The notes under the pieces were generated by a model. It saw only the letters and a list, made by a program, of their open reading frames with translations. It was not told where the DNA came from and searched no databases. Position numbers and translations under genes: made by a program. From a bacterium (GTDB lineage Bacteria > Cyanobacteriota > Vampirovibrionia > Gastranaerophilales > JBAXKC01): a DNA stretch of 50,379 nucleotides. The DNA is taken from assembly GCA_037137535.1 (NCBI GenBank), contig JBAXKC010000021.1, positions 1 to 50,379 on the forward strand, in the 5' to 3' direction. How positions within the stretch are numbered: position 1 is the stretch's first letter; every line of letters starts with the position of its first letter. Below, one piece after another: positions 20,531-30,357 of this stretch.

Positions 20531-22723
20531 TTATTTTCTTATAATTATATCTACTTTTCCCCTTTTATCAAGGATATCAATAACTATACTCTTATTTGTT
20601 TTTCTGAATTCTATATCAATATAGGCCTGTCCTACCTTTAAGTTAGTCAATTTCAAATATTCGGACCAACTTGGCAACAACGAATTATTTAAAGTTATTT
20701 CTCTCTTTTGAGCATCAGGAATTAAATTAAGAAAAGCCTGCATAAGCATAAAAATACTTCCTGCCGCCCATGCCTGAGGAATACATGCCACAGGATACAT
20801 TACAGGAGGATCTTGCCTATTATATTTTCTTGGAAAACCACAAAACAGCTCTGGAAGTCGTTTATAACTCATTAATCTTGCTGATTCAAACATCCCTGTT
20901 GCAATTCTTAAAGCTAAATCTATCTTTCCTGCTTTTGCCAGTCCATAAGCAATTAAACTATTGTCATGCGGCCAAATTGAGCCATTATGATAACTCATCG
21001 GATTATAAAGAGGAGTATCCTCGCTTAAAGTTCTTATTCCCCAGCCTGTAAACATATCGGGAGCAAAAAACCTGTTTGCAACGATATCAATATATTTTTC
21101 ATCAATTATTCCTGTTTCAAGGCAATGCCCAGGATTAGTCGTAATAATTTCCATCTTACGTCCGTCTTTATCAAGCCCCATTGCATAAAATTGTTTATCT
21201 TCTATCCAAAAATCCTCATGAAATCTTTGTTTCAACGCCCAAGATTCTTGTAAGAGCTTTGCTTTCATTGCCTGATTACCTAAATACCCCGCAATTTCAG
21301 CAACTCTGAATTTAGCCGCATAAACATATCCCTGCACCTCAACAGGAGCAATAGGCGGAGCAGCATGTGAGCCATCCGAATGAATATTAGAGTTGTAAGA
21401 ATCTTTCCAATATTGATTTTCAAGACCTTCGGAACTTCGTCTTAAATAAGCAACATAACCTTTAACCTTTGGCGAATATTTATCTATCCACTCAAAACAA
21501 GCTAAAGCCGTCGGCCAAAGTTTTTCTATGGTTTCTTTGTCATCAGTCCATTTAAAATAGTCATAATAGAGCATTAGCCATAAAGGAGTCGCATCAACCG
21601 TTCCATAATATGTTTCATGTGGAACTTGACCGCTTCGAGCCATTTCTCCAAATCTTATTTCATGAGGAATTTTACCTGGTTCTTCATCTTTCCATGGATT
21701 ATCAACTTTTCCTTGAAATTTAGATAAAGTTAAAAGAACATTTTTTGCAATATTCGGATTAAGCATCAAACTTTGTCTTGCCGCTATTAAACAATCTCGC
21801 CCGAATAAAGTTACAAACCATGGAATCCCCGCAGCAATATAATCACCATATTGAGCTTTGGTTATAAGCATTTTTATGTCTTTGCTGCCTCTGCTTATCA
21901 TTTCATTGAAATCTTCGTTATTCACCAAAAATCCTGTAGTAACGTTATTCCATTCTTTATCGCTTTTTATGGCTTTTTCATAAGCCTCATCAAAATCATA
22001 AGCACTTATTACTTCGGAGGGGGCAGCTGAAGACTTCAAATTAATTTTAAACTTTATTTCTTTTTCTTCTAAAGACTCCAATGAAAAAACAAAACTTACC
22101 CGACCTTCTTCTAAAAAATTTATTTCAGAAGGAGGTGTTTCTATAAAACCAATGTCAGTAGATAAAGTAGCACCTGTTTTAGGGGGTTCTTTATAAATAA
22201 ACTTTAAAATATTATCTTGAGTGATTAATTTTTCTTTAGTGCCTTGATTATCAACACTCCATCCTCTAACTTGAAAAATATCTGCAAAATCCGCATCAAA
22301 ATACAAATCTACTTTCAAATTAATATTAAAGTTATTGTAATTAGAAACTGTAATTGTTTCAAAATAAGCACCGTAAATAATGCCTTCTCTTTTTATCTGG
22401 ACTGTTTCTTGAGCTATAAACTTATTAGGCTCATCATGACTTTTCATTCCTATATTTGTACAAATTATAACGGAGGAATGTCCTGATTCCGTAGAAGATG
22501 ACAAAACAACGGGAGTTGTACTATTAATCTTTAATTCTAATCGGTTTAAAAAACGAGTATCATAAGTATATAAACCGTAACCTGACGCATTTTGTTTTAA
22601 AACATTACCATTAGGGTCAGTTACAAGAAATATATTATTGTTTTTAATTGTTCTACGCTGAGGATTAAAATCCTCACTCATTTGCGTTAAATATATATCT
22701 CCCGTTGATTCCAATGTCATCAT
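20531..22723 (-). CDS. Amylo-alpha-1,6-glucosidase / glycogen debranching enzyme-like hydrolase
   Basis: AGIPWFVTLFGRD, YYGTVDATPL, WKDS, YHNGSIWPHDN, PQAWAAG. Confidence 0.9.
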   Translation of the reverse strand: MMTLESTGDIYLTQMSEDFNPQRRTIKNNNIFLVTDPNGNVLKQNASGYGLYTYDTRFLNRLELKINSTTPVVLSSSTESGHSSVIICTNIGMKSHDEPNKFIAQETVQIKREGIIYGAYFETITVSNYNNFNINLKVDLYFDADFADIFQVRGWSVDNQGTKEKLITQDNILKFIYKEPPKTGATLSTDIGFIETPPSEINFLEEGRVSFVFSLESLEEKEIKFKINLKSSAAPSEVISAYDFDEAYEKAIKSDKEWNNVTTGFLVNNEDFNEMISRGSKDIKMLITKAQYGDYIAAGIPWFVTLFGRDCLIAARQSLMLNPNIAKNVLLTLSKFQGKVDNPWKDEEPGKIPHEIRFGEMARSGQVPHETYYGTVDATPLWLMLYYDYFKWTDDKETIEKLWPTALACFEWIDKYSPKVKGYVAYLRRSSEGLENQYWKDSYNSNIHSDGSHAAPPIAPVEVQGYVYAAKFRVAEIAGYLGNQAMKAKLLQESWALKQRFHEDFWIEDKQFYAMGLDKDGRKMEIITTNPGHCLETGIIDEKYIDIVANRFFAPDMFTGWGIRTLSEDTPLYNPMSYHNGSIWPHDNSLIAYGLAKAGKIDLALRIATGMFESARLMSYKRLPELFCGFPRKYNRQDPPVMYPVACIPQAWAAGSIFMLMQAFLNLIPDAQKREITLNNSLLPSWSEYLKLTNLKVGQAYIDIEFRKTNKSIVIDILDKRGKVDIIIRK

Positions 22724-22769
22724 TCACCCCCAATTTTCGTACTTAATAAAGAAATAAAATTATAATTTT

Positions 22770-23849
22770 TTATTTCATGGATGATTCTAATAACTTATCA
22801 ACATTGAAGAATTTATTTTGAATAAGTTTTTTATATGTATCAAGATAACCGTCAGACATTCTTTCAGCAGAAAAATTCCTCTCTACATGCTGCCTGCATG
22901 CTCTTCTATCAATAGTAGGAATATCTTTAACTCTTTTAATTAAATCTTCAATATTATTTTCAACAAAACCTGTTTTACCGTCTTTTATCACTTCAGGAAT
23001 TGAGCCTTGACTTAAAGCAAGAACAGGAGTTCCGCATGCCATAGACTCAGCCATTACAAGACCAAACGGTTCAGGCCATGTTACAGGATGAATTACTGCT
23101 TTTGCTTCTCTCAAAAGCTCATTTTTAGCTTTATGAGCAACTTCACCTATATAAATAATCTGCTTACCATCAATAAGATGCTTTATTTCGTTTTCATAAT
23201 AATCAACATCTGCACCATCAATTTTTCCTGCCATTATAAGTCTGTGACCAGTTTCTTTAGCCAGTCTTATTGCATGATGTGCACCTTTTTCAGGAGAAAG
23301 TCTACCTAAGAAACATAAATATGGATTTTCTGTATTTGGCTTATCATTAAAGTCAAATCTTTCTGTATGTATTCCGTTATAAACGGTTGAAACATAATTA
23401 ATATTAGGAAAACCTGCTCTTTGTGAATCACTTATTGAAATAAACGGATGAGTTTTATATTTAAGACAAAGGTCTTTATCTTCTTTCATTGATGGAAGAA
23501 ATGCACCATGTAATGTTGTAACTACTGGAATATCAAGTAATTCCGCAAACGGTAAAAATAATAAACCTAAATGATTATGAATTATATCAAAATCTTTGCT
23601 TCTTTTCATAACTTCTGCAATAGCCTGAAGTTCATGATATATAGGATTTTTTATGTTTAGCTCTCTCATTGGTGCATCAATTACAGGAACAAGATCAGCC
23701 GAGGTTGCAGAATCAGCCGTAGCAAATAAAGTTACTTCATGTCCTTTTTTAACCATTTCTTCACATAAAATTTGAACAACCAGCTCGGTTCCACCGTATG
23801 TTTTTGGTGGCACTGTTTCCCATAATGGTGCTAATTGAGCTATTCTCAT
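22770..23849 (-). CDS. Glycosyltransferase family 4
   Basis: VPPKTYGGTE, GRLSPEKG, EPFGLVMAESMACGTPV. Confidence 0.92.
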   Translation of the reverse strand: MRIAQLAPLWETVPPKTYGGTELVVQILCEEMVKKGHEVTLFATADSATSADLVPVIDAPMRELNIKNPIYHELQAIAEVMKRSKDFDIIHNHLGLLFLPFAELLDIPVVTTLHGAFLPSMKEDKDLCLKYKTHPFISISDSQRAGFPNINYVSTVYNGIHTERFDFNDKPNTENPYLCFLGRLSPEKGAHHAIRLAKETGHRLIMAGKIDGADVDYYENEIKHLIDGKQIIYIGEVAHKAKNELLREAKAVIHPVTWPEPFGLVMAESMACGTPVLALSQGSIPEVIKDGKTGFVENNIEDLIKRVKDIPTIDRRACRQHVERNFSAERMSDGYLDTYKKLIQNKFFNVDKLLESSMK

Positions 23850-24033
23850 AAATAATCCTCCCGAAAGTCATAATAAACAAAAAATTAATGTTTTAGCTCC
23901 ACCCCTAATAAAATAATTTTGCAAATAATCAGAGATGGCTTTTTAAAAACTGTCATTAAACCTAACAACAGCATAAGATTAGCACGCAAAATCTTTCATC
24001 ATCAATTAGCCAAATGGCAAACCAATTGGATAA

Positions 24034-24082
24034 AAGAGTAAAAAATAACTGCCGTTATTAATGGCAGTTATTTTTTACTCTT
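24034..24082. terminator. Long hairpin terminator (20-bp perfect arms)
   Basis: AAGAGTAAAAAATAACTGCC / GGCAGTTATTTTTTACTCTT. Confidence 0.8.
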
Positions 24083-24122
24083 AATTTTTCTGATATAAAT
24101 TTTCTCTATGATTTAATAATCA

Positions 24123-24788
24123 CTAACAATCATATTTTCTTAATAAATCTACATTAGAATCATTTTCTAACGGGTATTCCATACTATCTTCCTTTGACCA
24201 TTTAATCGACTCAAATGTCATGATTTTTTCACCTTTTAATGTATCTATTGTTGTTTCTAAATATTTACTTAATACATTAGTTGCATTATTTATTCTCTTT
24301 TGAAAATCTTCATTTGATATATCTTTAGGTTTAGCCAATAAATCCAATGATTTATCGCCAAGCTGTTTAATAAAATCTGCGGCTATAATTTCACCATCTT
24401 TAGAAATAACAAAATTCAAAGTCTTAAAAGTTTGTCCATCAATATCATCATCATTAGGTCGAGCAAAAGTACCCCGATTGTCACATACATTAACTAATGA
24501 TATTAATAATTCATCTCTTTTATTTTTTGCAATAGTAATAATACCTGGATCAGCCTTCAAACTTGAGGTTCCACAAATACCTGAATCCTCCGCAGTATTA
24601 CCAATTTCTTCTAAAATATCTCCCACTAATTTAGAATTAATTCTTGGTTTTATTTCCGATTTAAAGCTTAATTCGACTTTATCCATTTTTAAATTATTAA
24701 ATTTAAGAGCTGAAGGTTGTTCTTTTATATTCTGGGAAGGCACGTTATTAGAATATAATGATTTAATACTATAAAGTCCAATATTCAT
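24123..24788 (-). CDS. Hypothetical protein with polar N-terminal leader (221 aa)
   Basis: AAGGA RBS before ATG 24788 (MNIGLYS); no domain recognised. Confidence 0.75.
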   Translation of the reverse strand: MNIGLYSIKSLYSNNVPSQNIKEQPSALKFNNLKMDKVELSFKSEIKPRINSKLVGDILEEIGNTAEDSGICGTSSLKADPGIITIAKNKRDELLISLVNVCDNRGTFARPNDDDIDGQTFKTLNFVISKDGEIIAADFIKQLGDKSLDLLAKPKDISNEDFQKRINNATNVLSKYLETTIDTLKGEKIMTFESIKWSKEDSMEYPLENDSNVDLLRKYDC

Positions 24789-24824
24789 GCAGTTTTCCTT
24801 TTTAATAAGTCCATTCTGCTTAAC

Positions 24825-24851
24825 TAAAAACATGTAAATTCTAAAAATTGC
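24825..24851 (-). promoter_or_regulatory. Bipartite motif GCAAT-N14-TGTTTTWA, copy A
   Basis: Minus strand GCAATTTTTAGAATTTACATGTTTTTA, 36 nt before the ATG. Confidence 0.55.
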
Positions 24852-24866
24852 ATTAATTGTTATAAC

Positions 24867-24912
24867 AAAAAAAAGCCTGTTATGATTAATCTAATCACCA
24901 ACAGACTTTTTT
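24867..24912 (-). terminator. Terminator after the glyoxalase gene
   Basis: AAAAGCCTGTT...AACAGACTTTT imperfect inverted repeat with A/T tails. Confidence 0.65.
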
Positions 24913-24960
24913 ATATAGATATATAGCATTTATTTTATTATTTAAAACAAAATAATAAAA

Positions 24961-25347
24961 TTAAGATTTTTTCTCAATCAGCTCAACCATCATACCATCA
25001 GGATCTTTTATGAACGCAATTAAAGAACCTACTTCGGTTAATCTGTATGGAGGTCTATCAAAATCAAAGCCTGCATTTTTTATTTTAGTTGAAAATACTT
25101 CCATATCTTCAACTTCAAAAGCAAAATGCCCGAATTGATTACCTAACTCATATCCACCTTCAGGAAGAACATGATTATGAGTTAACTCTATTTCACAACA
25201 TCCTGTTACATCCTTTAAGAAATACAGTGTTGCACCTTTTCCATGAAGTTCTTTAGTTCTATCCAGCTTCATATCTAAAACTTCCTGATAAAACTTGAGT
25301 GATTTTTCAATATCACTAACTCTTACCATGGTATGTAAAAATTTCAC
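24961..25347 (-). CDS. gloA: VOC-family protein, lactoylglutathione lyase (glyoxalase I)-like
   Basis: FLHTMVRVSD, IELTHN, GHFAFEVED, FIKDPDG; GTG start. Confidence 0.8.
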   Translation of the reverse strand: MKFLHTMVRVSDIEKSLKFYQEVLDMKLDRTKELHGKGATLYFLKDVTGCCEIELTHNHVLPEGGYELGNQFGHFAFEVEDMEVFSTKIKNAGFDFDRPPYRLTEVGSLIAFIKDPDGMMVELIEKKS

Positions 25348-25401
25348 TTTTTCTTCTCCTATTTAATAACAACGTAATAATAATTACGCCTTATTCTCTA
25401 T

Positions 25402-26355
25402 CTATACTTCTGTAAATAAACTAGCTCCGACTACGCCTGCCATATCATCTAATTGAGCTTTTAATATTTTTACACTACCGGCAGAAGCAGGTAATGATTT
25501 CGCTAAAGTTTTCTTAACTGTTAAATCAAAATAAAGATCAACATCATTTATTATAGAGCCTGAAAGAATTATAGCTTGAGGGTTATAAAAATTTATAACC
25601 GAAGCAAGTCCACTGCTCAAATATTCTGAGGCTTCAGTAATGCTGTTTATAACTAATTCATCATTATGATTAATAGCAAAAACAATATCTTCAGATTTTA
25701 AAGATTTATCATCACTCATTACATACTGAATTGCTGATTTATGTCCTTTCTTGATAGAAGCTAAAAGCTTTTCTTCAATAGCATGCCTTGAAGCATATGC
25801 TTCAAGGCATCCATTATTTCCGCAAGAGCATTGTCTTCCACCTGAATGAACAATCATGTGACCAACTTCGCCTGCAGTTCCTGTTGCACCTTGTAAAATT
25901 TTACGATTATATACAATGCCTGAACCAATGCCTGTGCCGACAAAAACGCATACAAAATTATCAAAATCCGTACCGCTTCCATACTTCATTTCACCAAGAG
26001 TAATAGCTTCAGTATCATTTCCAACATATACAGGTAAATCAAAATGTTCTTCCAAAATAAATTTAAGTTCAAGATTATAACAATCAAGGTTTGGAGATGA
26101 TAATAAAATTCCGTATTTTCTATCTACCTGTCCTGCAACACCGATACCGATAGAACCAATTTGAGAATAAGGAACTCCTGCCTGACATATAGCACGTTCT
26201 GCACTGTCAATTACTTTCACCAAAACGGAATCACTGCCTTTTACATGTGCAGTGTCGATTTTATGAAAACCAATGACCTTGCCCTGTTCTTTATCAACAA
26301 CTCCAGCAATTATTTTAGTCCCGCCAATGTTAATACCAATAGCATATTTACTCAT
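25402..26355 (-). CDS. ROK-family sugar kinase-like protein with degenerate ATP motif
   Basis: GTGIGSG, GEVGH, CSCGNNGCLE; AGGAG RBS before ATG 26355; no N-terminal HTH. Confidence 0.88.
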   Translation of the reverse strand: MSKYAIGINIGGTKIIAGVVDKEQGKVIGFHKIDTAHVKGSDSVLVKVIDSAERAICQAGVPYSQIGSIGIGVAGQVDRKYGILLSSPNLDCYNLELKFILEEHFDLPVYVGNDTEAITLGEMKYGSGTDFDNFVCVFVGTGIGSGIVYNRKILQGATGTAGEVGHMIVHSGGRQCSCGNNGCLEAYASRHAIEEKLLASIKKGHKSAIQYVMSDDKSLKSEDIVFAINHNDELVINSITEASEYLSSGLASVINFYNPQAIILSGSIINDVDLYFDLTVKKTLAKSLPASAGSVKILKAQLDDMAGVVGASLFTEV

Positions 26356-26507
26356 ATCTGCTCCTAAATTAAGCTTACTACCGCATTGTATTATCATAAC
26401 CTTTTAAGGTTACTACCAGAACGTTTATTTATTAATATAAATATTTTAAAAATCAGAATCTTAATACTAATATCTCTAAACTCTTAACTTATTTTACCCT
26501 GTTATCC

Positions 26508-26537
26508 GAAAAAATAAAAGCCGGCATTATACCGGCA
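26508..26537 (-). terminator. Terminator overlapping the tdk stop
   Basis: Minus strand GCCGGTATAATGCCGGCTTTTATTTTTT. Confidence 0.65.
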
Positions 26538-27129
26538 TTTCTACTTTAAGCTCAGCATTTAGCACATCTGAAAGCTCATAACATAATGAGCATCTTGCTT
26601 CATACGCTTCATCGCCCCCAACCATAATGAGAGGAGAGTTTATATCAGCAGGATGTCCATTTATAAGCCTTTGTGTTCTATTTCCATATTCTGATCCACA
26701 TTTCATGCAAATTGCAGTTAATTTATCAACTTTATCGGCATAACATAAAAGTTGAGGCATCGGGCCAAACGGCTCCGCTTTAAAGTCAAGCTCTAATCCT
26801 GTACCAACAACTTTTTTACCTGCTTTTACAAGTACCTTAATAACATCAAGAATTTCATTATCAAAAAATTGAAGTTCATCAATACCTATTACTTCATCTT
26901 CTTCTGTAACATTCATCAAAATTTCCTCAGAAGAGGATACTTTTATTGCAGTCTTATAAATACCGTTTCTTGAGGAAATAATATCCCCATGTGTCCTAAT
27001 ATCAATAGAAGGAGAAAATACTTTAAGTTGTTTGTTAGCAATTTCAGCCCTTTTAATCCTTCTTAATAGTTCTTCAGTTTTCCCACAGCTCATTGGCCCG
27101 GTTATTAATTCAAATTTAAATCCGTTCAC
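26527..27129 (-). CDS. tdk: Thymidine kinase
   Basis: GPMSCGKT, IGIDELQFF, Zn motifs CMKC and RCSLC; likely GTG start at 27129. Confidence 0.93.
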   Translation of the reverse strand: MNGFKFELITGPMSCGKTEELLRRIKRAEIANKQLKVFSPSIDIRTHGDIISSRNGIYKTAIKVSSSEEILMNVTEEDEVIGIDELQFFDNEILDVIKVLVKAGKKVVGTGLELDFKAEPFGPMPQLLCYADKVDKLTAICMKCGSEYGNRTQRLINGHPADINSPLIMVGGDEAYEARCSLCYELSDVLNAELKVEMPV

Positions 27130-27229
27130 ATTTACATCCCGGTATTTTTTTATGTCAGCACAAATATATTTTCTCAAAAACAAATCATTTTTTCAGAGAT
27201 TATTACAAAAGTTTTAAATTTAATTTCAC

Positions 27230-28840
27230 TCATGCAATACATACTTTATTTCGTCCTGAATCTTTTGCCCTATATAAAAGATTATCAGCTTTTTCAATGG
27301 TGTATTTCATAAAATCTTTTGTTTCTTGATGGACAGAAAGAAAAGGATTAATTTCTATTACTCCTGCACTTATACTTACAGATAATTTATGCCCTTCAAA
27401 CTCAAAATTCTGCATAGAAATCTTATTTCTTAATCTGTCTAACAACTCATAGGCCTCTGCAATAGAAGTTTCAGGCAAGATTAACGCAAACTCCTCACCA
27501 CCATATCTAGCAGCAAAATCACATTTCCTTATATTAGACTTAATCATGTTACCGACTTGCGTTAAAACATAATCTCCCGCCAAATGTCCCCATTGGTCAT
27601 TAAACATCTTGAAATGATCTATATCTAACAAGGCAAAAGACATTATTTGCTGATTTCTTCCAATTCTTTCCGATTCAGAGGTAAATCTGTCCATTAATCC
27701 TCTTCGATTTATAAGTCCTGTTAATTCATCTATATTCGCCAAATTTTTTATACCTTTAACGAATTCAGCCTGATAAATTGCAGTAGAAATAGAAAAAGAA
27801 ACTTTTTCCATTAAGAGAATATCCTCTTTTTTCCATTTTATATGTCGGTTAAATTCGCTTACAAGTATCATTCCGCACAAATTATTTTCATAAATAAGTG
27901 GAACTATAAGTAATGACTTTGCGTAAGAAATATCTTTCATATAACTAAAAAACATTTCATCTGATATAAGATTACTGGAGCTAACATCGTTTAATGCTAT
28001 TACAGACATTGTTAAAGCTAATCTATTATAGATTGGGCTTAAAGATAAAGGGAATTTCATTGAAGATGGAAGAGTTTCTGAATTAATGGAATCAACATCA
28101 GAAACTAAAAAATCACATCGATTATTTTCAAACTTTATAATTGAACATTTATCAACCTCTAAAGTAGATTTAATTTCTTTAGCCGCATTAGACAAAATCT
28201 CATCAAGATCCAGCGAACTTCTGATATTAGAAGTCATTTTATTAATAGAAGACTCCAGGTTTGCTTTAGAACATAATTCTGCAACAAGTTTATTATTTTC
28301 TACAGAATAAGCAATTTGTCCGCAACATATTTCCAAATAATAGATATCATTAGAATTAAAAGACTCTACAGTATTTTTTTCGGCAATTGCAATAAGCCCA
28401 ATAATATTTCCCTTTAAAGTAATATCCGAATAAATATATTCAGAAGTGCGAAAAACATTATTCAAATACTTATTTATCACCTGTTCACAATTATTCTCAT
28501 TAAGCATTAAAACAGATGAGGAATTAATAGATAAACCACAACTTTCTTGCAAAATCATTTCATTATTCGGCTTATCAAAAATAAAAAGTATACATTTACG
28601 AACATCTAAAAGACGTGAAATTTTGCCAACAATTTTCTTATATAATAATTCATTTTTTTCTGAATATAAAAAATTAAACTCCCTAAGACATTGAGCCTCT
28701 TTATTGATTTTTTCTTTTTCTTCTTTTAATAAAACAGCCGAAAAAAGATTTTTTCTTTTTGCAAAATCATTAAAACAGGCAAGCAATTGAAAGAATTTAT
28801 CAGTTTCTCTTTTTTTCTGAAAACTCTTATCATGTTTCAT
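27230..28840 (-). CDS. GAF-GAF-GGDEF diguanylate cyclase
   Basis: IRSSLDLDEIL GAF entry, RKCD I-site, RYGGEEF; start may be 28855. Confidence 0.9.
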   Translation of the reverse strand: MKHDKSFQKKRETDKFFQLLACFNDFAKRKNLFSAVLLKEEKEKINKEAQCLREFNFLYSEKNELLYKKIVGKISRLLDVRKCILFIFDKPNNEMILQESCGLSINSSSVLMLNENNCEQVINKYLNNVFRTSEYIYSDITLKGNIIGLIAIAEKNTVESFNSNDIYYLEICCGQIAYSVENNKLVAELCSKANLESSINKMTSNIRSSLDLDEILSNAAKEIKSTLEVDKCSIIKFENNRCDFLVSDVDSINSETLPSSMKFPLSLSPIYNRLALTMSVIALNDVSSSNLISDEMFFSYMKDISYAKSLLIVPLIYENNLCGMILVSEFNRHIKWKKEDILLMEKVSFSISTAIYQAEFVKGIKNLANIDELTGLINRRGLMDRFTSESERIGRNQQIMSFALLDIDHFKMFNDQWGHLAGDYVLTQVGNMIKSNIRKCDFAARYGGEEFALILPETSIAEAYELLDRLRNKISMQNFEFEGHKLSVSISAGVIEINPFLSVHQETKDFMKYTIEKADNLLYRAKDSGRNKVCIA

Positions 28841-29108
28841 CAAAAATCCCCACAAATTATTTAAACTTATTTTTCTCTTCTTACAACACTTTTAACAAAT
28901 TATTAAATAATCTTCATTCGACAGCTAGATGTATTCAGAACTTAAACTAAAAATAGCAACTAGAATAAATTTTAAAAATAAATTATTAGAACTAAGACAA
29001 TTAGCTGAAACAAAAAAAAAATATTGACGTCCTAGACAATATAAGTGAGAAAAAAAATTAAACTTTAAGATTAACTTATCAGCGGATAAATAAAATAAAA
29101 TAAGTAAA

Positions 29109-30233
29109 ATGACGAATAAAAGAAAATCTATCAGACAAGAGGAGAGAAAGTTAAAAATGAAAGAAAATAAAGCTTTAAAAGTTAAAATCCCAACAGAAAA
29201 GATGAATTTCGACTATCTTTCCGAATTGGAAGATGTCGATAATGAATTTGAATTACCAGAAGAAATTGTCAGCATAAACACATTATGCATAGATGAAGAA
29301 ATAGAAGAAGAAATTATTGACGGTATACAGGTTAAAATACCAAAGGTAAGCATTACCAATAAAACTGCAAAAAATAAGCTATTAACCAGTTATTTCAAAT
29401 CTGATGATATTCTGCAAATGTATCTGCGTGATATTGGAAGAAAAAGAATGATTACGCCTCAAGAAGAAATTGAATATAGCAGAAAAATTAGAGAAGGAAG
29501 TAAAAAAGAAGCTCTTATCGCAAAAAATAAACTTGTACAAGCAAATTTAAGGCTCGTTGTAAGTATTGCAAAAAAATATATAGGTCAAGGCGTATTATTT
29601 ATGGACTTAGTCCAAGAAGGAAGTCTAGGATTAATAAGAGCAGCTGAAAGATTTGATTATAGACGTGGTTATAAATTCAGCACGTATGCAACATGGTGGA
29701 TTCGTCAAACAATCATAAGATGCATAGCAAATACTTCAAAGCTAATTAGAATACCTGTTCATATGACCGACAAAATAAGACTGTTAAAAAAAGTAAAAGT
29801 AGAGTTACATTTGAAGCTTAATAGAGAACCAAGTGTAGAAGAACTTGCAGAAAAAATGCAACTTACTCCAGATAAAGTACATAACATAAGAAAAGCTATG
29901 TCGAGAGAGCCTATAAGTCTTGATATGCCGATAGGTGAAGACTTATTTTTAGAGGATTATGTCCCTGATGAAATAACTCAAAGTCCTCAATTCAAAGCAC
30001 ATAGCAGTCTTTTACATAACGATATAATAAGTGCCATAGACATACTAACAGACAGAGAACAAGAAATTATAAAAGAAAGATATGGATTAACAGGCAAACC
30101 GGGAAAAACTCTTGAAGAGCTTGGCAAATTATATGGATTTTCAAAAGAACGTATTAGACAAATAGAAGATACGGCAATAAAAAAACTTCGCAATACTCCG
30201 GAAATAAAGCATTTAAAAGAATATATCTCTTAA
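29109..30233 (+). CDS. RpoD/SigA-like sigma-70 factor (probably group 2)
   Basis: QMYLRDIG, ANLRLVVSIAKKY, KFSTYATWWIRQ, KERIRQIE; start may be 29157. Confidence 0.92.
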   Translation: MTNKRKSIRQEERKLKMKENKALKVKIPTEKMNFDYLSELEDVDNEFELPEEIVSINTLCIDEEIEEEIIDGIQVKIPKVSITNKTAKNKLLTSYFKSDDILQMYLRDIGRKRMITPQEEIEYSRKIREGSKKEALIAKNKLVQANLRLVVSIAKKYIGQGVLFMDLVQEGSLGLIRAAERFDYRRGYKFSTYATWWIRQTIIRCIANTSKLIRIPVHMTDKIRLLKKVKVELHLKLNREPSVEELAEKMQLTPDKVHNIRKAMSREPISLDMPIGEDLFLEDYVPDEITQSPQFKAHSSLLHNDIISAIDILTDREQEIIKERYGLTGKPGKTLEELGKLYGFSKERIRQIEDTAIKKLRNTPEIKHLKEYIS

Positions 30234-30251
30234 TAGAATACTCCTTTCTTC

Positions 30252-30272
30252 ACCGCCTATGGCGGTATTTTT
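30252..30272 (+). terminator. Intrinsic terminator
   Basis: ACCGCC-TAT-GGCGGT followed by ATTTTT. Confidence 0.7.
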
Positions 30273-30357
30273 ATTAAAATATAATTTTTGCTTTAAAGAG
30301 GAAATATAAGGTAAAATTAATTAATATTTAAAGTTCGCATTTATAAAAGGAAAAGTC

